In this document: piece after piece, positions 55,347 to 63,275 of the stretch
Position numbering within the stretch: the stretch's first letter is position 1
Layout: each line of letters starts with the position of its first letter
DNA from: an uncultured Trueperaceae bacterium
GTDB lineage: Bacteria; Deinococcota; Deinococci; Deinococcales; Trueperaceae
Direction of reading: 5' to 3'
Length of the DNA stretch: 64,000 nucleotides
Assembly: GCA_913062675.1 (NCBI GenBank)
Contig: CAJXWR010000001.1
Span: 34,492-98,491 of the forward strand
The notes under the pieces: model-generated
The model's database searches: none
What the model was told of the DNA's origin: nothing
Seen by the model: only the letters and a program-made list of their open reading frames with translations
Made by a program: the position numbers and the translations under genes

Positions 55347-56243
55347 TTAGGCGTCCTTGGTTTCCTCGTCCTCGTCAGCGTCGGCGGCTTCCTCGGCGGG
55401 GGCTTCTTCCTCGGCGGGAGCAGTTTCCTCGGCTTCGGCGGGGGCTTCTTCCTCGGCGGGAGCAGCTTCCTCGACAGGTGCAGACTCATCCTCGGCCTCG
55501 GGGGCCGCTTCCGCGGCGACTTCTTCCTCAGCTGGGGCGGGCTCGGCCTCGACCTCGGCAGGGGCTTCCTCCGCAGGAGAAGCCTCGGCTTCGACGGGGG
55601 CTTCTTCCTCCACGGGGGCAGCCTCGACCGCCTCTGCGGGGGCTTCTTCCTCCACGGGGGCAGCCTCGACCGCCTCTGCGGGGGCTTCCTCCTCGACAGT
55701 CTCAGCCTCGGCAGCCGCTTCCGCTTCGGCAGCAGCCGCAGCTTCGGCTTCCGCTGCAGCCGCTTCCTCCGCAGCCTTGGCGGCCGCTTCGGCTTCCGCG
55801 GCTGCGGCAGCTTCCGCTTCGACGGCAGCCACCTTCGCGTCTTCACGCGCCTGGCGGGCCATCGCGCGGTCCTCTTCCTGACGGCCGACGTCGACCTTCA
55901 GGCGGGCGGCCTTGCCGCGAAGTTCACGCAGGTAGTAGAGCTTCGAGCGGCGCGTACGACCGCGACGCACGATTTCAATCTTGTCGATGAGGGGGCTCGA
56001 GAGGGGGAACACGCGCTCCACGCCCTCGCCGAAGCTGACCTTGCGAACCGTCATGGTCGAGCGGGCACCCTTGCCGTTCTTGCGGGCAATGACGACGCCC
56101 TCGAACGACTGGATGCGGCTCCGGTTGCCTTCGACGACCTTGTAGTCGACGCGAACCGTGTCACCCGTGGAGAAATCCGGCACGTCGTCGCGGAGGAAGG
56201 GCTGCTCGATGGAGCGCAGAATCGCGCCTTTGTTGTACTTCAT
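55347..56243 (-). CDS. rplS: 50S ribosomal protein L19 with ~179-aa acidic Ala/Glu/Pro-rich C-terminal extension
   Basis: ATG 56243 follows GGGAG. Residues 1-119 are canonical L19 ([97 protein letters not shown]). The same frame then continues to 55350 without a stop. Confidence 0.9.
   Translation of the reverse strand: MKYNKGAILRSIEQPFLRDDVPDFSTGDTVRVDYKVVEGNRSRIQSFEGVVIARKNGKGARSTMTVRKVSFGEGVERVFPLSSPLIDKIEIVRRGRTRRSKLYYLRELRGKAARLKVDVGRQEEDRAMARQAREDAKVAAVEAEAAAAAEAEAAAKAAEEAAAAEAEAAAAAEAEAAAEAETVEEEAPAEAVEAAPVEEEAPAEAVEAAPVEEEAPVEAEASPAEEAPAEVEAEPAPAEEEVAAEAAPEAEDESAPVEEAAPAEEEAPAEAEETAPAEEEAPAEEAADADEDEETKDA
55608..55691 (-). repeat. in-frame 42-bp tandem duplication inside the L19 tail
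   Basis: Two consecutive copies encoding [14 protein letters not shown]. Flanking sequence consists of degenerate copies of the same unit. Confidence 0.8.
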
Positions 56244-56512
56244 GATCGACTCCCAGACTGCTGACGTTGATTCCATCGCCGCGGAGCGGGGTTCCCGCGC
56301 GCGACCCAACCGGGCCGGCGGCGACACAGCCGGATAAGCGTAGCGCACAATCACCCCCTCGCGCAACTCGCCGCTTTGGGCGACGGTGTTTCGGTCCACG
56401 TCGGTGAGGTCGTTTTGGCGAAAGTTTCAATCACCTCGGCGACATGTAACCCGGCGCAGGTGGCCGTAGACGCGCAACATGGGCTGCGCATGCACATGGC
56501 CCAAGCCGCGAC

Positions 56513-56546
56513 AAGAAACCGGGGCGCCGCCGTCGCAGCGCCCCGG
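56513..56546 (-). terminator. rho-independent terminator of the duplicated lipoprotein gene
   Basis: 9-bp GC stem CCGGGGCGC/GCGCCCCGG (56519-56527 and 56538-56546), followed on the minus strand by TTTCTT. It starts 31 nt after the stop at 56577. Confidence 0.7.
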
Positions 56547-56576
56547 TCGACTCTTCGGCGTTACGTCAAAGGCCGC

Positions 56577-58031
56577 TCAAGGGTCACCGTCCCCGCCTTC
56601 GTTATTCCCGAGATCGCCGACCACCTTCGAAGCGGCAGCCCCGAGACCCACAGCCCCAGCACCACCGCCGAAGATGCCTCCAACGACACCTCCCGCAACA
56701 TCCGCAAGGGTCACCTGCCACCATTTGGGACGACCCGCCGCAGGCGCGACGAAGTCACTGTCGGCCCAGTACTGATACGAGTGCACCGCGACGTTCAATC
56801 CCATGAGAACGCTCGCATCGTCGCCCGCAATGAGCTCGCCTCGCGCGCGGCCTTCGAGGAGCCGCAGGCGCAGCAAGCCACGGTCGAAGGCCTCTTGACC
56901 GCCACGTTCGTCGATGCTCTCGATGATCGTGCCAACTTCTTCGAGGTACCGCTTCTGTGCATCGCTGTACCTATCCGTGTCGAACCACGAGGACCAATCG
57001 TCAATCAACCCTGCAGCGAATTCACCGGCATGAGTCGCATCCGGCAGGCCCAGTTCCGTCCGCATCGCTTCCCTTAACTGATCGGCCATGTCGGCATCGA
57101 GTCCGTCGACGGGACAGATGTCGATCAGCGGCGCGATGGGATCCATGGTGCGCGCATCGGCATTCGATTCCAGACACGCCAGCGTCTCGTTGTGGTCCTG
57201 CCCGACGACAACGTCGACGCCCACCCCGGGGTTGACGCCGCCCGCATCATCGCCATTGGCACCCTCTGCGAGGTCACCCACGACCTTCGATGCTGCCGTT
57301 CCGAGACCCACGGCGCCTGCACCCCCACCGAAGATGCCTCCAACGATGCCTCCGGCGACGTCCGCGGCAACGACCTGCCACCACTTGGGCCCACTGGCGA
57401 ACGGCTCAGCCGCATCCTCATCGAGCCAGATGTCGGACCAGTAACCGAGCGACGCTTTTGCGATGGCGATACCTGCAAGCACGGCCTTACTTTGGTTGTC
57501 CTCAGCATCGCCGAGCGCGTCAACGGCGCGCCCTTCGAGTGCATCGAGCGCAAGTACCGCCTCGTCGACACGTTCCGAGGAGGGCGTGTCCTCTTGACCG
57601 AGCGCTACGATCTCGCCGAGCTCCTCCAAGAATCCTGCCTGCGCCTCGTCAAACGTGACGCCTCCCCCCATCATGCTGGGGTTCGGGTTGAATGGGGACG
57701 CGATCAGCCAATCGATCCAATCCGGCAAATCGGGACCGAACGCCTGAAAACGGGAACGTGCATCATCGATCGAGAAGTCTGCGGCTGGTTCAAATCCGCA
57801 GCGCTGCATTGCCGCAAACCGATCTTCGGTTGCTTGGGGAGAGTTGGACGATAGGCACGCCAACACCTCGTTATGTTGTTGTCCCGAAACCGCCATCGGA
57901 TTTTGCGGCTGCGTGATGGACTCGTCAGGGGGTGTGCCCTCGTCGGCGCTCGGGGCGCCACCGCAGGCTGTGAGAGCTGCGACGCTGATCATCATGAGTA
58001 ACGTACGCAGCACAAATCTCCGCTTGAGCAT
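56577..58031 (-). CDS. lipoprotein with two tandem copies of a helical domain plus glycine-zipper module
   Basis: ATG 58031 follows GGAGGAGG. Signal/lipobox MLKRRFVLRTLLMMISVAALTAC. Two ~200-aa repeats each end in PKWWQV..ADVAGG(I/V)VGGIFGGGAGAVGLG.AASKVVGDL (57270-57389 and 56610-56729). Confidence 0.75.
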   Translation of the reverse strand: MLKRRFVLRTLLMMISVAALTACGGAPSADEGTPPDESITQPQNPMAVSGQQHNEVLACLSSNSPQATEDRFAAMQRCGFEPAADFSIDDARSRFQAFGPDLPDWIDWLIASPFNPNPSMMGGGVTFDEAQAGFLEELGEIVALGQEDTPSSERVDEAVLALDALEGRAVDALGDAEDNQSKAVLAGIAIAKASLGYWSDIWLDEDAAEPFASGPKWWQVVAADVAGGIVGGIFGGGAGAVGLGTAASKVVGDLAEGANGDDAGGVNPGVGVDVVVGQDHNETLACLESNADARTMDPIAPLIDICPVDGLDADMADQLREAMRTELGLPDATHAGEFAAGLIDDWSSWFDTDRYSDAQKRYLEEVGTIIESIDERGGQEAFDRGLLRLRLLEGRARGELIAGDDASVLMGLNVAVHSYQYWADSDFVAPAAGRPKWWQVTLADVAGGVVGGIFGGGAGAVGLGAAASKVVGDLGNNEGGDGDP

Positions 58032-58198
58032 GAAACGACCTCCTCCGGTTCGCAGTGTAGCGGACGTAACCCATTGGTCAGAGCGCCGCCTCCTTGTCTC
58101 CAACGTGTGTTCGTGGTAGCGCACGGTGCAGTGCGCCAGCCGGTGGCGTGAATCGTGGGCGTCACTTGAATGCACGGAAGCACGGCCGAAAATGTCGG

Positions 58199-58204
58199 TA
58201 CCCT
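58199..58204 (+). promoter_or_regulatory. -10-like hexamer directly upstream of the flavin reductase gene (leaderless-type)
   Basis: TACCCT, 6 nt, ATG 58211. No SD. An alternative pair TTGAAT (58166-58171), N16, GAAAAT (58188-58193) would give an 11-nt leader. Confidence 0.4.
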
Positions 58205-58210
58205 CTACCC

Positions 58211-58810
58211 ATGACCATTGACCTAGCGACCCTAGACGGCAGGGAACGACACAAACTCTTGAACGGCGTGGTGGTCCCCCGCCCGATTGGCTGGATCTCC
58301 ACCGTGGACGAAAACGGCGTGCGGAACCTCGCGCCGTACTCCTGGTTCCAGATCGCCTCGAGCACGCCTCCCGTGGTGATGTTCAGCGCCGGCAAGCGTA
58401 ACGGTGTGGCGAAGGACTCCGCCCTGAACGCCATCGCCACCGGTGGGTTCGTCGCCAACATCGTGAACGGCGACCTGCTCGAGGCCATGAACGCCACGAG
58501 CGTGGAAGCGGCCATCGACGTCGACGAGTTCGACTACGCCCGTCTCGACGCCACGCCGTCCGAGCGGATCGCCGCGCCGCGCGTGACCGCCGCACCGGTC
58601 TCGCTCGAGTGCGAAACGCTGCACCATTACGAAATTCCCGACGGTGGAAACACCGTCGTCTTCGGTCGCGTTCTCGTGGCGCACGTGCGCGACGATTTGC
58701 GTGACGAGAACGGCTACATCGACATTCGCAAGCTCGACCCCATTGCGCGACTCGCGGGGCTCGACTACGCCACGCTTGGGGACGTGGTCACCGTTCCAAG
58801 ACCGGAATGA
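58211..58810 (+). CDS. flavin reductase-like (FMN-binding split-barrel) protein
   Basis: 199 aa from ATG 58211. LLNGVVVPRPIGWISTVDENGVRNLAPYSWFQIASSTPPVVMFS is typical of the Flavin_Reduct family. Confidence 0.85.
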   Translation: MTIDLATLDGRERHKLLNGVVVPRPIGWISTVDENGVRNLAPYSWFQIASSTPPVVMFSAGKRNGVAKDSALNAIATGGFVANIVNGDLLEAMNATSVEAAIDVDEFDYARLDATPSERIAAPRVTAAPVSLECETLHHYEIPDGGNTVVFGRVLVAHVRDDLRDENGYIDIRKLDPIARLAGLDYATLGDVVTVPRPE

Positions 58811-58829
58811 TGACCCGACGCGCGTTCGC

Positions 58830-59444
58830 CTAGCGGCGGGACGGTCGGAAGAACAAGACGGCGCCCACGAGGATCAAGGCGAGGGGCACGATCCAGCTGC
58901 CCGTCGACCCCAACGTGATGAGTGCGACGAGTGCGAGGCCTGCAGCGGGCCAGATGGCCCAGCGTTGGCGCACGGAGGGCAAGACGTACAGCGCGGCGAA
59001 GGTAGCGGCGAGGCCGAGGAAGAATAGGGTGCCTTCGAACGCTTCACCAAAATCAAGGGTGGCTTCGTAACTCGCGGTGAGGCCGAGCGTGAGGAGCACG
59101 CCGCCGGGGATGATGGCCCACCAGCGCTCACGCTTCGCGTCCGCCATCCAAACGGCAAGGAAGCCGAGGCCAAGGGAGAGAAGGAACGCGCCCTCGGTCC
59201 AAGCTACGTCGAGGCTCGAGATGCCGAGGCCAATCAGGCCGAAGCCGACGGGGAGCGGCCAGATGCGGGTCGGGTCGTTGCGATACGCGCTCAGAACGGC
59301 AAGGCCAAGGGCCGTGAAGAGGATGAGGCCCACGAGCCGGGACAGCCCAGCGAAGATGCCCCACTGGCCGAGGAGAGCAAGGATGCCGAGGGCAATGAGG
59401 CCAATGCCGAGCTGGGTTCTGCGGTCGTGCCAATCGAGGTTCAT
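58830..59444 (-). CDS. hypothetical integral membrane protein
   Basis: ATG 59444 follows GGAGGAACCC. About 6 TM helices rich in Gly/Leu. No family recognised. Confidence 0.6.
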   Translation of the reverse strand: MNLDWHDRRTQLGIGLIALGILALLGQWGIFAGLSRLVGLILFTALGLAVLSAYRNDPTRIWPLPVGFGLIGLGISSLDVAWTEGAFLLSLGLGFLAVWMADAKRERWWAIIPGGVLLTLGLTASYEATLDFGEAFEGTLFFLGLAATFAALYVLPSVRQRWAIWPAAGLALVALITLGSTGSWIVPLALILVGAVLFFRPSRR

Positions 59445-59557
59445 GGGTTCCTCCGCGACGTTTGTGCCTTGCCGCATCATCGCACGGGCGCGTCATGGGC
59501 GCTTCTGCAATGGACACGCTCAGTGTGGGGTATCGAGGCGTCCGCCAAGAACGCAGT

Positions 59558-59586
59558 TTGCACGAAACAAAAATGCCATTTATAAT
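59558..59586 (+). promoter_or_regulatory. near-consensus promoter giving a leaderless transcript for the AAA/DUF4143 ATPase
   Basis: TTGCAC (59558-59563), exactly 17 nt, TATAAT (59581-59586). The ATG at 59593 is 6 nt after the -10 and has no SD. The surrounding 42 nt are about 38% GC. Confidence 0.7.
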
Positions 59587-59592
59587 TGGTGC

Positions 59593-60762
59593 ATGCTCGC
59601 CCGCACCTTGGAGTCCCGCCTTCGCGAGGCAGCGACTCGCATGCCCATCATCGTCGTCACCGGTCCTCGCCAATCCGGCAAGACCACGCTGGTGCGCGCC
59701 ACGTTCAAGGAGCATGCCTACGTCAACTTAGAACCGCTGGACGTCCGCGAATACGCGATGGACGACCCACGCGGCTTCCTCGAAGATTACCCACCGCCCC
59801 TCATCCTCGACGAAGTGCAGAACGCCCCCACCCTTCTCTCCTACATCCAACCGCGCGTCGACGAACAACCAATCCCCGGCCAGTACGTTCTCACGGGATC
59901 GCACCAACTGGGCTTGACTCGCGCCATCCAACAATCCCTCGCCGGACGCGCGGAACTCCTCAACCTCCTTCCCCTCGCCATCGACGAACTGCCCCACGTC
60001 GATGAGAACGACCCGTGGACAACCATCTTCCGTGGTGGCTATCCACGAATCCACGACCAGCACCTCGACCCAAGTCGCTGGCTTGCGGACTACGTGACCA
60101 CCTACGTTCAGCGCGACGTCGCAGACGTACTCGACGTGCGCGACCGCTCGACATTCGCGACGTTTCTGAGGCTGCTGGCGGGCAGGGTGGCGCAGGAAAG
60201 GAACCTGTCGTCCCTGGCGAGCGACGTGGGCGTGACGTACCCGACGATTGGAGCCTGGTCCTCCGTCCTCGAAGCAAGCTTCGTCACGTTCCTCGCACCG
60301 GCATGGTTTGCCAACCACCGAAAGCGATTCGTCAAGTCGCCCAAGATTCACTTCGTGGACAGCGGTCTCGCCTGCCACCTCCTCGGCATTCGGAGTGAAG
60401 ACCAACTCTCGACGCACCCATTGCGTGGCGCCATCTTCGAGTCGTGGGTCGCTTCGGAGATTTGGAAGTGGCGATTGCACCGGGGATTGCCTCCCGACCT
60501 CTTCCACGTGCGCCGAGTCCGGGGGGCCGAAGTCGACCTGTGGATCGACGCCAAGCGCGAACGGATCCCCGTCGAAGTGAAATCCGCGCGCACGCTTTCG
60601 CGAGATTTGCTAGACGAAACGCAGCGCAAGACCCAAGGCTTGATCTCCGAAGAAGCGGCTGTGGCACCCCTTCGAATCGTGTACGGCGGATCCACGCCCC
60701 AACGTCGATATGCACTCGAGGTCGTTCCTTGGCACGAGGTTGCTGAGCACCGTTGGGACTGA
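59593..60762 (+). CDS. AAA-family ATPase with C-terminal DUF4143-type domain (COG1373-like)
   Basis: 389 aa from ATG 59593. Walker A VTGPRQSGKTTL, Walker B LILDEVQ, then a conserved C-terminal region (FVDSGLACHLLG ... GAIFESWVASEI ... EVDLWI). Confidence 0.85.
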   Translation: MLARTLESRLREAATRMPIIVVTGPRQSGKTTLVRATFKEHAYVNLEPLDVREYAMDDPRGFLEDYPPPLILDEVQNAPTLLSYIQPRVDEQPIPGQYVLTGSHQLGLTRAIQQSLAGRAELLNLLPLAIDELPHVDENDPWTTIFRGGYPRIHDQHLDPSRWLADYVTTYVQRDVADVLDVRDRSTFATFLRLLAGRVAQERNLSSLASDVGVTYPTIGAWSSVLEASFVTFLAPAWFANHRKRFVKSPKIHFVDSGLACHLLGIRSEDQLSTHPLRGAIFESWVASEIWKWRLHRGLPPDLFHVRRVRGAEVDLWIDAKRERIPVEVKSARTLSRDLLDETQRKTQGLISEEAAVAPLRIVYGGSTPQRRYALEVVPWHEVAEHRWD

Positions 60763-60775
60763 GCGCATCCAGCGC

Positions 60776-61279
60776 TCAAGCGCGCGGGTAGAACGCCACC
60801 TCATGACCCACGAACCGTCCACCCTCATAGTCGAATCGGGCGGAGAACACGACGCCGCGCTGCTCGAGCCAGGGGAGGAACACACGATCCCCCTCGTGCA
60901 ACGCGAGCGTGGACAGGTCGCGGGTGGGGACCCAGGCGAGTTCACCCTCGTCCCCTTCCCGTAGCTCCCCCTCGGCGGTGGCGAGGTAGATCCACACGTA
61001 CCAGTCGTTGACGTCATCGAAACGCGGGAAGACGATGAGGCCCTTGTAGGTGAGGGTTCGCACCTCGAGCCCTGCCTCCTCGCGCACCTCGCGAATCGCG
61101 CACGCCTCGGGCATCTCCCCCGGCTCGGCCTTCCCGCCCAGCCCGTTCCACTTCCCCTCCTGGTGGCCGCGCGTCTTGCGGAGCATCAGCGTCTCCTCGC
61201 CACGCTGCACGTACACGAGGGTGCTGGGAATCATGCGTGCCGTGCCGCCCGCACTTCCGGTGGGCGCGGCGTCGGTCAT
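60776..61279 (-). CDS. NUDIX hydrolase
   Basis: Nudix box GLGGKAEPGEMPEACAIREVREEAGL. ATG 61279 overlaps the stop of the upstream redoxin gene (ATGA). Confidence 0.85.
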   Translation of the reverse strand: MTDAAPTGSAGGTARMIPSTLVYVQRGEETLMLRKTRGHQEGKWNGLGGKAEPGEMPEACAIREVREEAGLEVRTLTYKGLIVFPRFDDVNDWYVWIYLATAEGELREGDEGELAWVPTRDLSTLALHEGDRVFLPWLEQRGVVFSARFDYEGGRFVGHEVAFYPRA

Positions 61280-61752
61280 GCGGGCGTTTGCTGCGCGAGT
61301 TCGGCCATCAGGTACTCGAGACGCGTTTGGGCATTGTCCTGCGAACCGTAGACGCTGCGCACCAGCGCGCCGGTCGCATCGAAGGCGAACCAGTGAGGCG
61401 TTCCCTCGGCCCCCCAACGCTGCGCAAGACTGCCGTCCTCGTCGAGGGCGATGGGCATGTCGAGACGCGCGAAACTGCCGGCGAAGCGCTCGAGTTCGGG
61501 CAGCACGTCCTCACGCGCATGGTGCTTGTGCCCGTACGCCGTGTGGAGCAACGCGAGGTGCAGGGCGTCGCCGTGCTCCTGCTGCAACCGCTTGAGGAAG
61601 GGAATGCCGCGCGCGATGCAACCGGCGCACTCGAGGTTGAAGGCCATGACGAGGCCCGGTTTGCCCCATTCGGTCGGGACGGCGAGGGGACCTTGCCACA
61701 CCCAGTCGCGTTCGGAGGGCCAGTCGTTTAAATCCCAGGTGGGTTCGCTCAT
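61276..61752 (-). CDS. thioredoxin-fold (TlpA/redoxin-like) protein
   Basis: 158 aa. CxxC motif CAGC within a VMAFNLECAGCIARGIPFL context. No signal peptide is evident. Confidence 0.7.
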   Translation of the reverse strand: MSEPTWDLNDWPSERDWVWQGPLAVPTEWGKPGLVMAFNLECAGCIARGIPFLKRLQQEHGDALHLALLHTAYGHKHHAREDVLPELERFAGSFARLDMPIALDEDGSLAQRWGAEGTPHWFAFDATGALVRSVYGSQDNAQTRLEYLMAELAQQTPA

Positions 61753-61759
61753 GCCGCCA

Positions 61760-61765
61760 AGGCTA
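61760..61765 (-). promoter_or_regulatory. -10-like hexamer directly upstream of the redoxin-NUDIX pair (leaderless-type)
   Basis: Minus strand: TAGCCT, 7 nt, ATG 61752. No SD. Confidence 0.4.
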
Positions 61766-61886
61766 CGCCAGGGGTGACGCGCGGCGCGTCGCGCGTCGCG
61801 CGTGATGGTAGGGCACGCACTTGTCCAATCCGGATGGTTGAGGAATCCTCACGTCACTGCGCAGTGCATGCGCGAAGGAGGTTCCC

Positions 61887-62549
61887 ATGCATCACGACGA
61901 TCCCCACGGTGCACTCGCACCGCTCGAAGCAGGTGCAGCCCTTGGCGAAGCGACCGCGGCGATGGTGCTGATTCACGGCCGGGGGGCAGCCCCCGACGAT
62001 CTGGCGCCCCTCGCCGACATGCTGCTCGCCGGGCATGACGTCCCCGTCGCCGTACGCCTCCCGCAGGCCGAGGGGCGCGTCTGGTACCCGCAACGCTTCA
62101 TCGTCCCGCCAGCCCTGAATCAACCGTGGCTCGACTCGGCCCGGCAGCGCGTCGCGAGCGTTCTCGACGAGCTCGTGGAGGCAGGGATTCCCGAGGAACG
62201 CATCGTGCTCGGTGGATTCTCGCAGGGGGCATGCCTCGCGCTCGACGTGGCCGCCAGGCGCACCGGCAGGCTCGGCGCCGTCCTCGCCTTCGCGGGTGGA
62301 TTGATTGGCGACGTGCTCGACCCGAGCGAGTATTCAGCCGACCTGTCCGGTATGCCGGCGTTCCTGGGGAGCAGCGACCCTGACCCGCACATCCCGACGG
62401 GACGCGTGGAGGAGAGCGCCGCGATCTTCGAGACGCTCGGTGCGCAGGTCGACGTGCGTCTCTACCCCGGTCTGGGTCACACGATTGGTCGCGATCAAAT
62501 CGAGGTGGCTCGCCACCTCGTCAACGGGGTGCTCGAGGCATCCTCGTGA
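61887..62549 (+). CDS. phospholipase/carboxylesterase-family alpha/beta hydrolase
   Basis: 220 aa. Nucleophile elbow GFSQGA, and Asp/His in DPDPHIP and GLGHTI. AAGGAGG SD upstream. Confidence 0.85.
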   Translation: MHHDDPHGALAPLEAGAALGEATAAMVLIHGRGAAPDDLAPLADMLLAGHDVPVAVRLPQAEGRVWYPQRFIVPPALNQPWLDSARQRVASVLDELVEAGIPEERIVLGGFSQGACLALDVAARRTGRLGAVLAFAGGLIGDVLDPSEYSADLSGMPAFLGSSDPDPHIPTGRVEESAAIFETLGAQVDVRLYPGLGHTIGRDQIEVARHLVNGVLEASS

Positions 62550-62592
62550 CGGCATCGCAAGCCACGGAACGGACCGTCCAGCGCCCAACCCG

Positions 62593-62598
62593 TAGGCT
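62593..62598 (+). promoter_or_regulatory. -10-like hexamer directly upstream of msrB (leaderless-type)
   Basis: TAGGCT, 6 nt, ATG 62605. No SD. Confidence 0.4.
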
Positions 62599-62604
62599 GA
62601 CCGC

Positions 62605-63015
62605 ATGAGCGACGAAGCGTTTGACCCCACGCAAGTCACGGACGAGGAGTGGCGCGAGCGGCTCGGGGACGCCGCCTACCGCGTCCTGCGGCACGAGGCG
62701 ACCGAACGACCCGGCAGCAGCCCGCTGAACCACGAGTGGCGCGCCGGCACCTACGTGTGTGCTGGGTGCGGACACCCGCTCTTCGACGCGAACGTCAAGT
62801 TCGACGCGCATTGCGGTTGGCCATCGTTCCACACGGCGCTTCCCGGCGCGTTCGAGACGAAGACCGATTATCACGTTGGATACGCGCGTACGGAGTACCA
62901 CTGCGCCAAGTGCGGAGGGCACCACGGCCACGTGTTCGAAGATGGGCCCGAGCCCACCGGTCTGCGCTACTGCAGCAATGGGCTTGCCCTGAGGTTCATC
63001 CCTGACGAGACTTGA
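62605..63015 (+). CDS. msrB: peptide-methionine (R)-S-oxide reductase
   Basis: 136 aa. Two CxxC zinc motifs (CAGCG, CAKCG) and the catalytic RYCSNG motif. Confidence 0.95.
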   Translation: MSDEAFDPTQVTDEEWRERLGDAAYRVLRHEATERPGSSPLNHEWRAGTYVCAGCGHPLFDANVKFDAHCGWPSFHTALPGAFETKTDYHVGYARTEYHCAKCGGHHGHVFEDGPEPTGLRYCSNGLALRFIPDET

Positions 63016-63275
63016 GTACGGAGCGCGCCATGAGGCTGCCTCATCGAACGACCGATCGTCGAACGAAGGATGAGCATCCTGCCCTACGCGTCGCCGCCTG
63101 ACCGATCCACGCGGCGCACCAGTAGCACGGTTGAGGCCCGTGGAACGTCACGCGTCCCAACCGTCGACGCACAAGATGGGGCGACGTGCAGACGGACCCA
63201 CGACCACAGAATGTGGTAGTTTGCCGACAAAACTACTACGTTTCCGCGTTCGTACCCCACATTCTGGAGCCCACC

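Noticed and set aside
55350-55886. Reading the periodic repeats in the rplS 3' region (and the 57270/56610 repeat pair) as a CRISPR array or non-coding VNTR
   Set aside because: The repeats are in frame within long ORFs, have no spacer/repeat alternation of CRISPR dimensions, and encode coherent low-complexity or glycine-zipper peptides.
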